Shown here: piece by piece, positions 1 to 14,974 of the stretch
Position numbering within the stretch: position 1 is the first letter of the stretch
Layout of the letters: each line of letters opens with the position of its first letter
Origin: the human T2T-CHM13v2.0 reference genome, Homo sapiens
NCBI RefSeq assembly: GCF_009914755.1
Contig: NC_060936.1
DNA: 64,000 bases
Strand: one strand, 5' to 3'
Program-made: the position numbers and the translations under genes
Notes under the pieces: model-generated
Database searches by the model: none
The model's input: the letters and a program-made list of their open reading frames with translations, nothing else
Told to the model about the DNA's origin: nothing

Positions 1-1486
1 ATGGAGGGATAGACATATAGATCACTGGAACAAAACAGAGGACCCAGGAATAGACTCGCACAAATATGACATACTGTTTTTTGACAAGATGCAAATGCAA
101 TTCAATAGAGGAAAGGTAGCCTATTCAACAAATGATGCTGGAGCAATTTGACATCCACAGGCAAAATAAATAAATAAATCCCACAACTTGACCAGAGTTT
201 CACACCTTGTATAAAATTTAACTCAAAATAAATCACAGTCAAAAATGTAAACCATAATATTATAGAAACTGTATGAAATATTTAGAAACTGTAGGAAAAC
301 AGGATAAAAATTTTAAGATCTAGGTTTAGCGAAGGGTTTCTAGACTTGACATAAGCATGATCCATAAAAGGAAAAAAAAATCAGCAAATTGGACTTCATC
401 AAAATTAAAAATGAATGCTCTCTGCAAGACCTGCTTAAGATGAAAAGAACATCTACAGACCAGGAAAAAATATCTGCAAACTACATATCCAACAAAAGAC
501 AAAAGACTAGTATTTCAAATATACAAGCAACTTTCAAAACTCAACAGTAAAAAAGCAAACAATCTAATTAGAAAATGGGAAAAAGACATGAAATATTTTA
601 TTAAAGAGGATATACAGATGGCAGGTAAGTACACACGAAAAAATGCTCAACATTTTCCATTGGGGAAATGGCTCAAATTACTTAAAAATTAAAACTACAA
701 TTGATATCATTACACACTTATCAGAAAGGCTAAAATAAAAATTAGTGACAACACCAAATGCTGGTGAGGATGCAGAAAATTAGATCACTCTGACGCTACT
801 GATGGGAATGTAAAATAGGACAACTACTCTGGAAAACAGTTTAGCAGTTTATTAGAAAACTAAATATGCAACCACCCTATGAGCCAGAAATTATACTCCT
901 GGGCATTAATCCTAGAGAAATGAATGCTTTCATTCACACCAAAACCTGTAAGTGAATAATTATCACAGCCTTATTCACAATAGCAGGAAACAGAAACAAC
1001 CAAGATATCCTGCAACAGGTAAATGGCTAAACAAGTGTGGTTTGTCTATACCACGGAATACTTCTCAGCAATCAAAAGGGTCAAACTAGTGCTACAAGTA
1101 ACGACCCAGATCAATTACCAGAGAACTATGCTAAGGGCAAAAAGTCAACCCCAAAGATTTCACATTGTGTGATTCCATTTATTTAACATTCTTGAAATGA
1201 CAAAATTATAGCACTAGAGTATGGGTTAGAAGTTGCCAGGGGTAAGGGCAGGAGGGAAGTGGATGCAGGTATAAAAGAGTAAAGGATTGATCCTTGTGGT
1301 GATGGATATGTTCTGTATCTTGACTCCATCCATGTCAATATCCTGGTTGTGATATTACATATAGTTCTGTAGATATTTCTATTGGGGAAAACAAGGTAAA
1401 GGATATAAGGAATTTCTATATTATTTTCTACAACTGCATATGAATCTACAATTATCTCAAAATTAGGAGTTTAATTTTTTAAAAAA
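1..1486 (+). mobile_element. 3' portion of an old L1M (L1MC/L1MD-type) LINE: degenerate ORF2 end and 3'UTR
   Basis: Degenerate L1 ORF2 motifs (ttcaacaaatgatgctgg, ttggacttcatcaaaattaaaa, ccaaatgctggtgaggatg) and the terminus caactgcatatgaatctacaattatctcaaaa followed by an A-rich tail. Confidence 0.85.
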
Positions 1487-1494
1487 TGTCCCAT

Positions 1495-1595
1495 CAGTGG
1501 GTATATGATTCAATTGGTCTGGAGTACGCCTAGGCATCAGTATTTGAAAAGTTCCTCCAGTGGATTCTAACATGCAGCTAGAATTGAGGAACTAC
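1495..1595. mobile_element. MER5-like hAT-Charlie fragment
   Basis: tgattcaattggtctgg...ggcatcagtattt...gattctaacatgcagc resembles the MER5A/B core. Confidence 0.55.
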
Positions 1596-3659
1596 TTGTG
1601 GTTACTTAAGAGTGAAATGAACATGTGTTGTTCTTTTAGTTTATATATATCTTTTTTCAAATGGCTAATAAGTTGTTAGGATAAAATATGAACTGTGTTG
1701 TTTGGACCTAACTACTTAGTAAATTGAACTAGTGGTATTTCATTTGGCCTGGAGGTGCTGTAAAAAATTCTGAGACACTAAAGGCTCTGTGGACTGAGAA
1801 AGTTTAGAAACTTCTGCCCTAGGACTTTATCTTGTTTTCATTCAGCTGGTGGAAGGGGAAAGACAGCTCTCTTGAAAGCCATTACTGGCCTGCTTATGTT
1901 CACATCCCAAGGGCAAGAACTTATTCCATCCATGTACACACATAAATTCAAAGGAGGCTGAGAACTAGAGTCTAAATAGAGACCCATGCAATGGGGGTAG
2001 GGTGGATATGGAGGGACAGGTACTGACTATGCCACCCAGAGGCAACACATGATGGACTAAAATACATCAGAGGCTATGTGGATGACATGGACACCAGACA
2101 TATTAATGAGGAGGAATTTTCCGGAGTTAGAGACCAATTAGGATGTGGGAAGCATGGAAGTGAGTGAGGATCAAAAAGGCCCCAAGGTTTCCAACTTGTT
2201 TGATTGGTGGATGTTGACATCTGTCACTGAGAAAGGGAATCTAGAAAACAGGAAGTTTGTGTTGCTGCGGGTGATTGGAGTGGGGCAGGCACACTATATA
2301 ATGTCATATAAGATAAATTTAACATTGAAATACCACAGAAAAACTTGGTCTTAAAATACTTTTCATCACACCTCAAAATGCTCTATAAGATCTTCACCAC
2401 ATGGCTGTAGCGTAAAAAGAGAAAGTACAATTTCAAAGCAACCACTAGAGGCATATTCAGCAAAACAGGCGAAGCTCTTTACTTCTTGAAGTACTATTAA
2501 CTGCAGAGATTTTTAAAAATACTATTAACAGTTAAATAGAAATACTATTGGTGAAAACTCTGTAAAGTAAGTCACAAATTTTGAAATGCTGGTGTCAACA
2601 AGAGTGTTTTTTCCCTGCTGTATCTCCAGCATCTAGAATAGTGCCTGGAACATTCACAGGTCCTCCCTGGTAACTGCTGGATGAACGAGCACATCAGTCC
2701 CAAAACAGGGAATTATAATGGGGTGGTGAGCATCAGCTTGTGGCAAACAGAATTATTGCTGGACGGTGCAGAAGCAAAATGATAAAGGAGCAGAATCTGA
2801 ACAGGAGCAGACAGAGTTATTTCCCTAAGCTTACTTGGTTGATTAATTGTACCAATGCCTTAGTAAGGGGAATTAGGGCACGCACCAGAATACTATAGCT
2901 ATATCTGTGTACTACTATTGAAAAAAATATTATTGCTCATACTACAGTTTTATCTGTATATTACTTTTGGTGGTGCCACTAGGAAGTTTATTCCCCTCAG
3001 GAAATAAACAGATGCTTTTTCCAATACTCATTTCAAGCTCTTCCTAATATCCCCTGGTTCAGCAAAGCTGTGGGGATCAAAGCTGGGTTTCTGTGATGAA
3101 CTGCTGCATTTTCAGTCTCAGTTTTTGCCACCCAGACTAGCAGAGAAAGGTTTTTGGGCATTTTCCACCTCTGTGTAGTGACATGAGGGATATACTAGAA
3201 TTTTTCTCATCCCTTGGGAGTCTGAACATAAATTTGATCAGTGGCAGGGATGTACAGCACATAAATATTACCTGGCACAAATATTCATGTGAAACAAAAT
3301 TATGATTGGGATTTATCTCATGCAGTGATGGGAGGGCTGGATTAATATCTGTATGTTTCCTATTGCACCTCCAAAGAAAGGGGATATACAAATATGCAGT
3401 GTCAAATACAAAAATATGTGACCCCTGAAGATATGTGATATATGGGTCAGGATTCTTTTAAAAATAGATTGAACAGAGATGTTGACTGTTTTTCTGGCAT
3501 AACTGATTCAGGTATCAAATGCCTTCTAAAGCATTAAGTTAAAAAAAAATCCCTGCTTTTAAAATATGGCAATACGAGAATTGTTCCAATTTCTACTGCT
3601 CCCAAAATCAGTTATTTAATTGTCAAAATTTGCTATTAAGCTTTCCAATGTCAAACTTA

Positions 3660-3820
3660 TTAACAAGTTATTTAGTTTTCACGGGTCTTAGTTTCCTCAC
3701 ATCTAATTTAGGGATAATAATGGTATCTACTTACAGAATGTGGTGAAATTAAGTAATACAATTCTTATAAGGAACTTATGGTAATAACCCACACAGTAAG
3801 TGTTCAATATATGTTAGCCA
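3660..3820 (+). mobile_element. MIR SINE
   Basis: MIR core: caagttattta...cttagtttcctcacatct...gggataataatggtatctac...agtaagtgttcaatatatgttagc. Confidence 0.7.
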
Positions 3821-5051
3821 AGGTATTATTGTTGTCTTATTGTCATTATTATTGTTATTTGGATATTGGAAATTTCCAGATATGCAAACTGCCAATTTTC
3901 TACTATATTTTGATTGTTATGAATATAAGACAAAAGAATTAACAGTGGTATTTAACTGTTGGTGAAGTCACAGACTACTTTGAGAATTTAATGAAAGCAG
4001 TGAACGCTTGTCCCAGAAAAATTGTGTGCATTATTTCAGGGGAATTCATGAATTCCCCCTGGGGTTTATCCATATACCCTACTTTAGAAACTCTGACCTA
4101 GAAGATCAGGTTTGAGCAATGTGACAATCAAAGAACAATTTACGCTGGAGTGACATTTTATAATTCGTGTGTATGTTGGGTAGGGGGATGTAGAATAGCA
4201 AACAGCACCCACATCTATCAGTCACGTATTCCTACACAATCATCTGATAGTCTAAATAAAACCATGATGCAAGATATCAGAAACAGGAAATGGCTCACCT
4301 CAGTGAAACCGCCTCTCTTCCTAAGCATGATGGCCTGAGTGGTGGACATTTAAATGTAAGAGTTGATAAGGGCCAGGAGAAAGCACTGGGCAGGATATCT
4401 CGGAATCACACTTGCTTCAAGAGCCTCAGGCAGTTTTCCTTTGGAAAAACTTTCCATCTGTAATTTTCACTTGTAAGCTATTATAAAATCACATTGTTGA
4501 CATGATTGAAAATCGGAGTTTACAAGTAAAACTGAAGCAATTGGCATGGCTATCTTTGAATTTAATTACTCTGATTTTCAATGTTCCCTTAGATAAGTTA
4601 ACTACATTCTTACAACTACTTATGGACTGTTTTGTCCTAAAAACGTTTTTAAGCATTTATAATTGCCAGACTCTGTGGTAGAGGCTAGTATTTTGAAGAC
4701 CAATAATCACTGCCTCTACCTTTCTGCAATTCACATTCTAAATGTCTAAGAGACAAACATCTAATAATTGCAATGAAATGTCGTCAGTCCATAGCATGGC
4801 CTGGGAGCCTGAAAGGGAATAACAGCTCAACGTATGCTGCTGAGAAAGTCCTCTATAGGCTACAGATGGCTATTTAGAGGTTTAAGTTCTTCTTTAGATG
4901 AAAGTAGAATATTTACTTGCAGTATTACTGTTGTTTCCACTTAATAGAGAAGTGAAGATACCAAGTATTGCTTAGCAAATTAATGAGCTATTTTTGGGAG
5001 GAAATCATTTATTTTTGCATGTATTTTTGGGTGTCCTTTTGGCTAGAATCC

Positions 5052-5360
5052 TTTTTTTTTTTTTTTTTTTTGAGACAAGGTCTCACTCTATTGCCCAGAC
5101 TGTACTGTAGTGGTGCAATTTTTGCTTACTACAGTCTTAACTTATTGGGCTCAAGGGATCCTCCTGCCTCAGCCCCCTGAGTAGTGTGTGTCACTAGGCC
5201 CAGCTAATTTTTTAAAACAATTTTGTTGTTGTTGTTGTTGTTGTACAGATGGGGTCTCACTATGTTGCTTCGGCTGGTTTTGAACTCCTGGGCTCAAGCG
5301 ATGGTCCTGCCTCAGCCTACCAAAGTGCTGGGACTACAGGCATGAGCCACAGTGCCAGGC
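5052..5360 (-). mobile_element. AluJ-type SINE
   Basis: Poly(T) followed by gagacaaggtctcactct...caaagtgctgggactacaggcatgagccac. Confidence 0.95.
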
Positions 5361-6849
5361 AGGGCAGTATCTTATGTTGAATAACTATTTAAATATGAAA
5401 ATCCAGAACTACTGTGCGGGGATTAGAATGATCAGATGTTCTGATCTGGGAGTCCAGCTGAACAACAAGGGATGGGAGCAGCTGGGTGGATAAAAAGAAA
5501 GAACACTCTGGAAGTGAAAGAAGATCCTGAGAAAGATATCAGGTAAGGCTGCACTACAGCTAGTGAGAGCTAGTCATTGCTGAGTTAGGTCGCTTAGTGT
5601 TTAACATAAGGGGCCAAATGTTGCATCTTCAAAGACAACTAAGAGGACAAGGCTTGAGGTTCCATTGTGCCTGAAAGGGAAATGGAGAAAGGATAAACTT
5701 CAACAAGAAATCAGACTTCTTAAATAATCAGGGCAAAGTAGAACTTAGAGCTACACTCACTTGGCCTTTTTCTTCCATGAATATCTAAGTACCCACGAAT
5801 CTAACATGAGCTAGGAACCTGACTGAATAGAGAGATTAAAATGAAGAAATTTGTGATACTTTTAAAGACTATCCATTCTTTTAAAGCAGTTTATACTTTT
5901 CCAAGTATTCTTACATCCATTCACTAACTTAGCCTTCAGAAAAACTCTGTAAAGAAGGGCATACTACCATTTTATAGATTAGGGACACTGAGACTTGAAA
6001 ATTAGGGTCCTTTCATTAGGCCGAACTTCATGTCTATTTTACGTACATGAAATTTCCGCCTCATGTAACTAAATGCTACAAAGTTTCAGACTCATCATAC
6101 AGTAATTGTCAAACAATGGACCAAAAGAATGTATAGATGAAATACTTTTGAGAAAAGGGAAGAAAAGTAAAGCTAGCCTCAAGCAGACTCCAAGCCACAA
6201 GGGCACTAGTAAATCAGTCCTCATTTTGTCACAGATGCCTGTGCATCAGGGGCATTTATTTGATTGTCCCTTGTTTGATGAGACTTGATTCATTTCAAAT
6301 AGAGGAACAGATGGAAAACTAATAGTGTAGTCACTGCAGATCACCAAGAAGCAAAGCATCTGGGGAGCCCTATGGACTTTCCATGGAGAAGCCATGGGCC
6401 TGCTGCAGTGAGTCAGAGCTTCATGAGAGCCCTACTCAGACCCACTGGAATTCAGAACTGGAGAAGGCTGTGCTGCCTATATCAAGGACAGCTCTCACAC
6501 CCTGTATTTGGCTTTCTCTATCCTAACAGGGAGGGTACCATTCTCTCCTGGCCCCTCTCCTGGTCCCTTTCATTTCTTCTGCTCTACATGGGAAACCATT
6601 TTCTTGTCACAGAGAAATGTTCCCCATTGCAGTAAGCAGAAAGAGAATGAGCAGATAAAGCAGTCACTACTGTTTCCTCTTTGATGCCATCCATCCTTTT
6701 TATTAGTACCTCAATCACCTTATGTAACACTATCTTACCCAAGTATAACTATCTTCTAGCCTCACTCTGAGTTTGAAATGCTTTAGTCCCTCCCTCTCTT
6801 CCTCATTTCCTCCCTCCTTCCCTCTCCCTCCCTTGTTTCCCTCCCTATC

Positions 6850-6960
6850 TTCCATTGAATATCTATTGATAATTTCCTAAATTCTAGGCACTTTGCTATC
6901 TAGCAGTAAATGATGTAGACTTAGTCCCTGACCTCAAGGAATTTATATTCTATTAAAAAA
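6850..6960 (-). mobile_element. L2 3' fragment; host of the L1MA insertion, apparently resuming after 14990
   Basis: aggcactttgcta...cagtaaatga...gacttagtccctgacctcaagga is antisense L2-like sequence. Confidence 0.5.
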
Positions 6961-6970
6961 TACAGACCTT

Positions 6971-9900
6971 GGGAGGCAGAGCAAGATGGCTGAATAGAAG
7001 CCTCCACTGATCATCCTCCCTGCAGGAACACCAAATTTAACAACTATCTACACAGGAAAAGCACCTTCGTAGGAACCAAAAATCAGGTGAGCGATCACAG
7101 TACCTGGTTTTAACTTCATATCACTGAAAGAGCCACTGACAAGAGTAGGAAAAACAGTCTTGAATTGCCGATGCCACCCCTTCCCCATCCCGCATGTCTC
7201 ATGGCACGAAGAATTTATGAGCTTGGGGGAGGAAAAGTGCTGTGATTTTGGGACTTTGCATTGGAACTTGGTGCTTTCCTATCACAATGGAAAGCAATAC
7301 CAAGCAGAAGTCAGCCAACACCCATGGAGGAAGCATTTGGACCAGCCCTAGCTGGAAGGGAATCCTCCATCCCAGCAGTTGCCATGTGAGCTCCGACAAG
7401 CCCCACCACAGTGGACTAAAGTGGTTTGGGGCCCTAAATCTACTTGAAAGGCAGTCTAAGCCACAAGGACTGCAACTCCTAGGCAAGTCCTAGTGCTGTG
7501 CTGGGCTAAGAGCCCATTGACTTGGTGGGCATGTGACCTAGTAAGATACCAGCTGGGGTGGCTAAGGGAGTGCTTGCACCACTCCTCCCCCAAGCCCAGG
7601 CAGCACAGTTTGCAGTTCCAAAAGTGACCCCTTCCATCTTCTTGAGGAGAGAAGAGGGAAGAGTAAAGAGGACTTTGTCTTGCAACTTGGATACCAACTC
7701 AGCTACAGTCAGAGAGGGCACCACACAAAGTTGGGAGGTGTAGCTTCTGAACAAGATTTCTAGACAAAACCTGGGCCAAAACTCACTGCCTTGAAGGGAA
7801 GAATCCAATTCTGGCAGGTTTCATCAGCTTCTGACTTAAGAGCTCTTGGCCCTGAATAGTCAGCAGTGGTAGCCAGGTGTAGTACATGCCATGGGCCTTG
7901 GGTGAGAATCTGAGACATGCTGGCTTCAAGTGTGACCTAGCATATTCCCAACTGTGGTGGCCATGAGGAAAGACTCTGCTTGAGAAAAACAGAGGAAGAG
8001 TGAAGGGGACTTTGTCTTGCAACTTAGGTACCAGTTTGGCCACAGGGGAGTAGAGCACGAAGTGGGCCATTGGGGTTCCCATTCCAGGCCTTGGCTCATG
8101 AATGGCATTTATGGACCTGCTTTGGGCTAGAGGGGGGCCCACTGCCCTGAAGGGAGAATCCTGGGGCTGGAAGCATTCATTACAAGCTGACTGAAGAGTC
8201 CATGGACCTTAAGTGAACATCGGTGGTACTTTGGCAGTATTCCCCATGGCACACTGGAGGTGGTGGCCATGGGGAGAGGCTCCTCTGCCTGTGGAAAGCA
8301 GAGGTAGAGTGGGAAGGACTTTTTATTGTGCTTTGGGTACCAGTTCAGCTGCAGTAGAATAGAGCACCAGGTAGCTTTCTAAGGTTCCTGACTCCAGGAC
8401 CTGGCTCCTGAATGCCATCTCTGAACCCATCCAGGATCCAGAGGAACTCTCTACCCTGAAGGGAACTCTTCACCCTGAAGGATGGCTGGTTCTGCTACTT
8501 GCTGATTATAGAGTTCTAGGGCCTTGAGAAAACATAGGTGGTAGCCAAGTAGTGGTTACAGCAGGCCTTAGGTGAGACCCACTGCTGTGCTGGCTTCAGG
8601 TCTGACCCAGTGCAGTCCCAGTGATAGTGGCCACAGGGGTGCATGTGTCACTCCTTCCCCATCTCCAGGTGGCTCAGCACAGAGACAGACTCTGTCTGTT
8701 TGGGAGAAAGTATGGCAAGACAGTAAGAGTCTCTACCTAGTAATCCAGATAATTTTTCTGGATCTTATCCAAAACCACCAAGATGATGCCTCTATGAGTC
8801 TATAAGAGCCATAGCATTACTGGGCTTGGGGTGCCCCCTAATGCAGATATGGCTGCAGTGACCAAAAAATTAGATTCCAACACCCACGTCCCTTCAAATA
8901 CCTGCAGAGCTCTCCCAAGAAGGATGGGTACAAACAAGCCCAGACTGCGACGACTACAATAAATACTTAACTCATCAATGCTCAGACACTGATGAACATC
9001 AATAAACATCAAGACCATCTAAAAACATGACCTCATCAACTGAATAACATAAGGCACCAGGGACCAAACCCAGAGAAATAGAGCTATGTAACCTTTCAGA
9101 GAGAGAATGCAAAATAGGTGACTGGAGGAAACTTGATGAAATTTAAGATAATACAGTGAAGAAATTCAGAATCCTATCAGATAAATTTAACAAAGAGATT
9201 CAAATAATTAAAAAGAATTGAGCAGAAATGCTGGAGTTGAAAACATGCAATTGACGTACTAAAGAATGCACCACAGTCTGTTAATAGGAGAAGTGATCAA
9301 GCAGAAGGAAGAATTAATGAACTTGAAGACAGTCTATTTGAAAATAGAGGAGACAAAAGAAAAAAGAATGAAAAAGGAATAAGGCATGCCTATTAGACCC
9401 AGAAAATAGCCTCAAAAGGGCAAACCTAAGAGTTATTAACCTTAATGAGGATGTAGAGACAGATAGGGATGTAGAGACAGATATTATTCAAAGTGATAAT
9501 AACAGAGAACTTCCCAAACCTAGAGAAATATATCAATATTTAAGTACAAAAAGGTTATAGAACACCAAACAGATTGAGCCCAAAGAAGACTGCCTCAAGA
9601 CATTTAATAATCAAACTCTCAAAGGCAAAGGAAAAAGAAAGAATCCTAAAGGCAGCAAGAGAAAATAAACAAATAACATAGAATGGAGCTCCAGTAAATC
9701 TAGCAGCAGACTTTTCAATGGAAATCTTACAGGCCAGGAGAGCGTGGCATTACATATTTAAAGTACTGAAAGAAAAAAAACTTTTATCCTCGAATAGTAT
9801 ATCTGGCAAAAATTGCTTTAAGCATGAAGGAGAAATAAAGACCTTCCTAGACAAACAAAAGCTGAGGGATTCCATGAGCACCAGACCTGTCCTACAAGAA

Positions 9901-12900
9901 ATGCTAAGGGGAATTCTTCAATCTGAAAGAAAAGGATGTTAGTGAGCAATAAGAAATCATCTGAAGTTACAAAATTCACTGGTAATAGGAAGCACCAAGA
10001 AAAACACAGTATAACACTGTAATGGTGGTATGCAAACTTAAGAAGAAAGACTAAATGATGAACCAATCAAAAATAATAACTATGACAACTTTTCAAGAAA
10101 TAGCCAGTATGATAAAACATTAAAAAAAAAACAACAACAAAATGTTAAAAAGCAGGGGGACAAGTTGAAGTGTAGAGTTTTTGTTAGTTTTCCTTTTGCA
10201 TATTTGTTTATGAAATCAGTGTTAAGTTGTCATCAGTTTAAAATAATGGGTTATAAGACAGTATTTGCAAGCCTTATGGTAACCTCAAATTGAAAACATA
10301 CAACAGATACATAAAGTATAAAAAGGAAGAGATTAAAACATACCACCAGAGAAACATTACCACTAAAAGGAAGACAGGAAGGAATGACAGAAAAAAAAAT
10401 AAGACCACAAAACAACCACAAAACTAATAACAAAATGGCAGGAGTAAATCCTTACTTATCAATAATAACATTGAATGTAAATGGACTAAATTCTCCAATC
10501 AAGAGACACAGAGTGGCTGAATGGATAAAAAAAAAGACTCAACTATCTGTTGTCTATAAGAAACACACTTCACCTATAATGACTCATAGACTGAAAACAA
10601 GGGATGGAAAAAGACATCCTATGCCAATGGAAACCACAAAAGGGCAGAAGTAGCTATATTTCTATCAGACAAAATAGATTTTGAGACAAAAACTGTGAGA
10701 AGAGACAAAGAGGGCTCATTATATAATGATAAAAGGGTAAATTCAGCAAGAGGATATAACCATTGTAAATATATGTACACCCAACACTGGAGTACGCAGA
10801 TATACAAAGCAAATATTATTAGAGTTTAAGAGAGAGATAGAACTCAATACAATAATAGCTGGTGACCCTACTTTCAGGATTGGACAAATCATCCAGACAT
10901 AAAATCAACAAAGAAACAATGGACTTAATCTGGACTACAGACCAAATGAACCTAATTGGTATCTACGGAACATTTTATTCAACAGTTGCAGCATACACAT
11001 TCTCCTCAGCACGTGGATCATCCTCGAGAATAGATCATATGTTAGCACAAAACAAATCTCTAAAAATTCCAAAAAATTTGAAATGGTGTCAAGTATATTC
11101 TCTGACCACAGTGGAATAAAACTAGAAATCAGTAACAAGAGGAATTTTGGAAATTCAACAAACACATGGAAATGAAACAGTATGCTCCTGAATGACCAAT
11201 GGGTCAATGAGGAAATTAAGAAGAAAATTTAAAAATCTCTTGAAACAAATAACATCACAAACACAACATACCAAAACCTATGGGATACAGCAAAAGCAGC
11301 ACTAAGAGGGAAGTTATAGCTATTAATACTACATCAAAAAATAGAAAACCTTCAAATAAACAACCTAAGAATGCATCTTAAAGAACTAGAAAAGCAAGAG
11401 CAAACCAAACCCAAAATTAGTAGCATAAAAGAAAAGAGCAGAAATAAATGAAACTGAAATGAAGAAAACAATACCAATGATCAATTAAAAGTTGTTTCTT
11501 TTCTTTAAAGTTAGTTTTTTGAATAAACAAAATTGATAAACCTTTAGCCAGACTATGAAAACAGAGAGAAGACCTAAATAAATAAAATCAAAGATGAAAA
11601 TGAAGACATTACAGCTGATACTACAGAAACTCAAAGGACCTATATTAGTCCGTTTTCATGCTGCTGATAAAGTCATAACAAGACTGGGTAATTTATAAAG
11701 GAAAAGAGGTTTAATGGACTCACAGTTACACATGGCTGGAGAGACTCACAATCATGGAGGAAGGCGAAAGGCATCTCTTACATGGTGGCAGGCAAGGGCG
11801 AATGAGAGAGCCAAGCAAAAAGGAAAACCTCTTATAAAATCATCAGATCCTGTAAGACTTACTCACTACCACAAGAACAGTATGGGGAAAACACCCCCGT
11901 GATTCAATTATCTCCCACTGGGTCCCTCACACAACATGTGTGAATTATGGGAGCTATAATTCAAGATGAGATTTGGGTGGGAAAACAGCCAAATCATATG
12001 AGGACCATTAGAGATTACTATGGGCAAGTATATGCCAATAAATTGGAAAGCCTAGAAGAAATGTATAAATTCCTATATAAATAAAATGTACCAAGATTGA
12101 GCCATGCTGAAATCCAAAATCTGAACTGACCATAACTCATAACAAGTAATGAGATTAAAGCTGTAATAAAAAGCCTCCCAGCAAAGAAAAGTCCAGGACC
12201 TGATGGCTTCACTGCTGATTTTTACCAAACATTTGAAGAAGAACTAATGCCAATCCTGCTCAAACTATTCCAAAAAATAAAGGAGAGAATACTTCAGAAC
12301 TCACTCTACAAGGCCAGTATTACCCTGATACCAAAACCAAACAAAGACACATGAAAAAAGAAAACTACAAGCTAATATTCCCAATAAACCCTGTTGCAAA
12401 AATCCTCAACAAAATAGCAGCAAACCAAATTCAAGATCACATTGAAAACATCATTCATCATGACCAAGTGAAATTTATCCCAGGGGTGCAAGGATGGTTT
12501 AACCTACACAAATCAATCAGTGTGATATACCCACAACAGAATGAAGGACAAAAACCACATGATCATCTCAATTGATGCTGAAAAAGCATTTGATAAAATT
12601 CAATATCCCTTCATGATAAAAAAAAAAAAACCCTCAAAAAACAGGGTATAGCAGGAACATACCTCAACATAATAAAAACCATATAAGGCAGACCCACAGC
12701 TAACATCATGCTGAATGGGGAAAAACTGAAAGTGTTTTCTCTAAGATCTGGAACTTAGAAAGATGCTCAGTGTCACTACTGTTATTCAACATAGTACTGG
12801 AAGCCCTAGCTAGAGCAATCAGATAAGAGAAAGAAGCAAAAGGCATCCAAATCGGAAAGGAAGAAGTCAAATTATCCTTGTTTACAAATGACATGATCTT

Positions 12901-14974
12901 ATATTTGGAAAACCCTTAAGACTCCACCAAAAACCTATTAGATCTGACAAATTCAGTGAAATTGCAGAATACAAAATCAACATAAAAAATCAGTGGCATA
13001 TCTATATGCCAACAGTGAACAATCTGAAAAAGAAATTTAAAAAGTAATTCCATTTACAACAGCTACAAATAAAATTAAATAGCTAGGAATTAAAAGAAGT
13101 GAAAGGTCTTTACAATGAAAACTTTAAAACCTTGATGAAAGAAATTGAAGAGGACACACAAAAAATGGAAAGATACTCCATGTTCATGGATTGGAAGAAT
13201 CAATATTGTTACGATGTCATACTACGGAAAGCAATCTACTAATTCAATGCAATCTCTATTGAAATATCAATGACATTCTTCACAGAAATAGAAAAAACAA
13301 TCCTAAAATTTATATGGACCCACAAAAGACCCAGAATAGCCAAAAGTATCCTGAGGAAAAATAAAACTGGATGGATCACATTACCTGACTTCAAAATATA
13401 CTACAGTTCTATAGTAGCCAAAACTGCATGGTACTGGCATAAAAACAGATACACAGACCAATGGAACAGAACAGAGAACCCAGAAACAAATCCATACACC
13501 TACAGAGAACTCATTTTCAACAAAGGTGCCAAGAATATACACTGGGGAAAAGGCAGTTTCTTCAATAAATCATGCTGGGAAAACTAGATATCCATATGCA
13601 GAAGAATGAAACTAGACCCCCATCTCTTGCCATATACAAAAATCAAATCAAAGTGGATTAAAGAATTAAATCCCAGACCTCAAATTATGAAAGTACAATA
13701 AGGAAACATCAAGGGCACTCTCCAGGACATTGATTTGGGCAAAAATTTCTTGAGTAATACTCCACAAGCACAGGCAACCAAAGTAAAAATGGATAAATGG
13801 GATCACATCAAGTTAAAAAGCTTCTGCACAGCAAAGGAAACAATCAATAAAGTGAAGAGACAACCCACAGAATGGGAGAAAATATTTGTAAACTATACAT
13901 CTGACAAGGGATTAGTAACCAGAATATATAAGGAGCTCAAACAACTCTATAGTAAAAGTTTTAATGTAATAATCCAATTGAAAAATGGGCAAAATATTTG
14001 ATTAGACATTTCTCAAAAAAAAAGAGAGACAAATGGCAAACAGGTATATGAAATGGTGCTCAACATCATTGATCAGCAGAGAAATCCAAATCAAAACTAC
14101 AATTAAATATAATAACATCTCACCCCAGTTAAAAGAAAGGGAATAACAAATGCTGGTGAGGACATGGAGAAAAGGGAAGTCTTGTACACTGTTGGTGGGA
14201 ATATAAATTAGTACAATCACAATGCAGAGCAGTTTGGCGGTTCCTCACAAAACTAAAAATAGAGCTACCATATGATCCAGCAATCCCTAGCAGCATATAC
14301 CCATATACTGCTAGGTATAAGCCCTAAAGAAAGGAAATTGATATATCAAAGAAATATCTGCACTTCCATATTTATTGCAGCACTATGTACAACAACCAGG
14401 ATTTGGAAGCAACCTGTGTTCATCAACAGATGAATGGATAAAGAAAATGTGGTACATACACACAATGGAGTACTATTCAGCCCTAAAAAAGAATGAGATC
14501 CTGTCATTTGCAACAATATGAATGGAAATAAAGGTCATTATGTTAAGTGAAATAAGCCAGGCACAGAAAGACAAACACATGTTGTCACTTAATTGTGGGA
14601 GCTGAAAATTAAAACAATTGAATTCATGGAGCTAGAGAGTAGAATAAAGGTTACCAGAAGCTGGGAAGTTAGCAGGGGAGTGGAAGGAAAGTGAGGATGG
14701 CTAATGGGTACAAAAACATTAGAAAGAATGAATAAGATGCAGTATTTGATAACACAGCAGGTGACTATAGTCGATAATAATTGTACATCTTAAAATAACT
14801 AAAAGAGTATAATTGGATTGTTTGTAGCACAAAGGATAAGTGCTTGAGGTGATGGATACCCCATTTACCCTGATGTGATTATTATGCATTGCATGGCTGT
14901 ATCAAAACATCTCATGTACCCCATAAATATATATACTTACTATATACCCACAAAAATTAAAAACTAAAAAAAAA
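6971..14974 (+). mobile_element. Full-length degenerate L1MA1/L1MA2-type LINE-1
   Basis: 5' end gggaggcagagcaagatggctgaatag; ORF1 remnant near 9000-9942; ORF2 starts at about 10435 (MAGVNPYLSIITLNVNGLNSPIKRHR) with many frameshifts; 3' end atggataccccatttaccctgatgtg...cccacaaaaattaaaaa; decayed TSD aaaaatacagacctt (~6956-6970) / agaaatactgactt (~14974-14987). Confidence 0.9.
11641..12001 (-). mobile_element. THE1 (ERVL-MaLR) solo LTR inserted in the L1MA ORF2
   Basis: tattagtccgttttcatgctgctgataaag...gatgagatttgggtgggaaaacagccaaatcatat, about 360 bp, with a perfect 5-bp TSD ggacc at 11636-11640 and 12002-12006. Confidence 0.93.
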
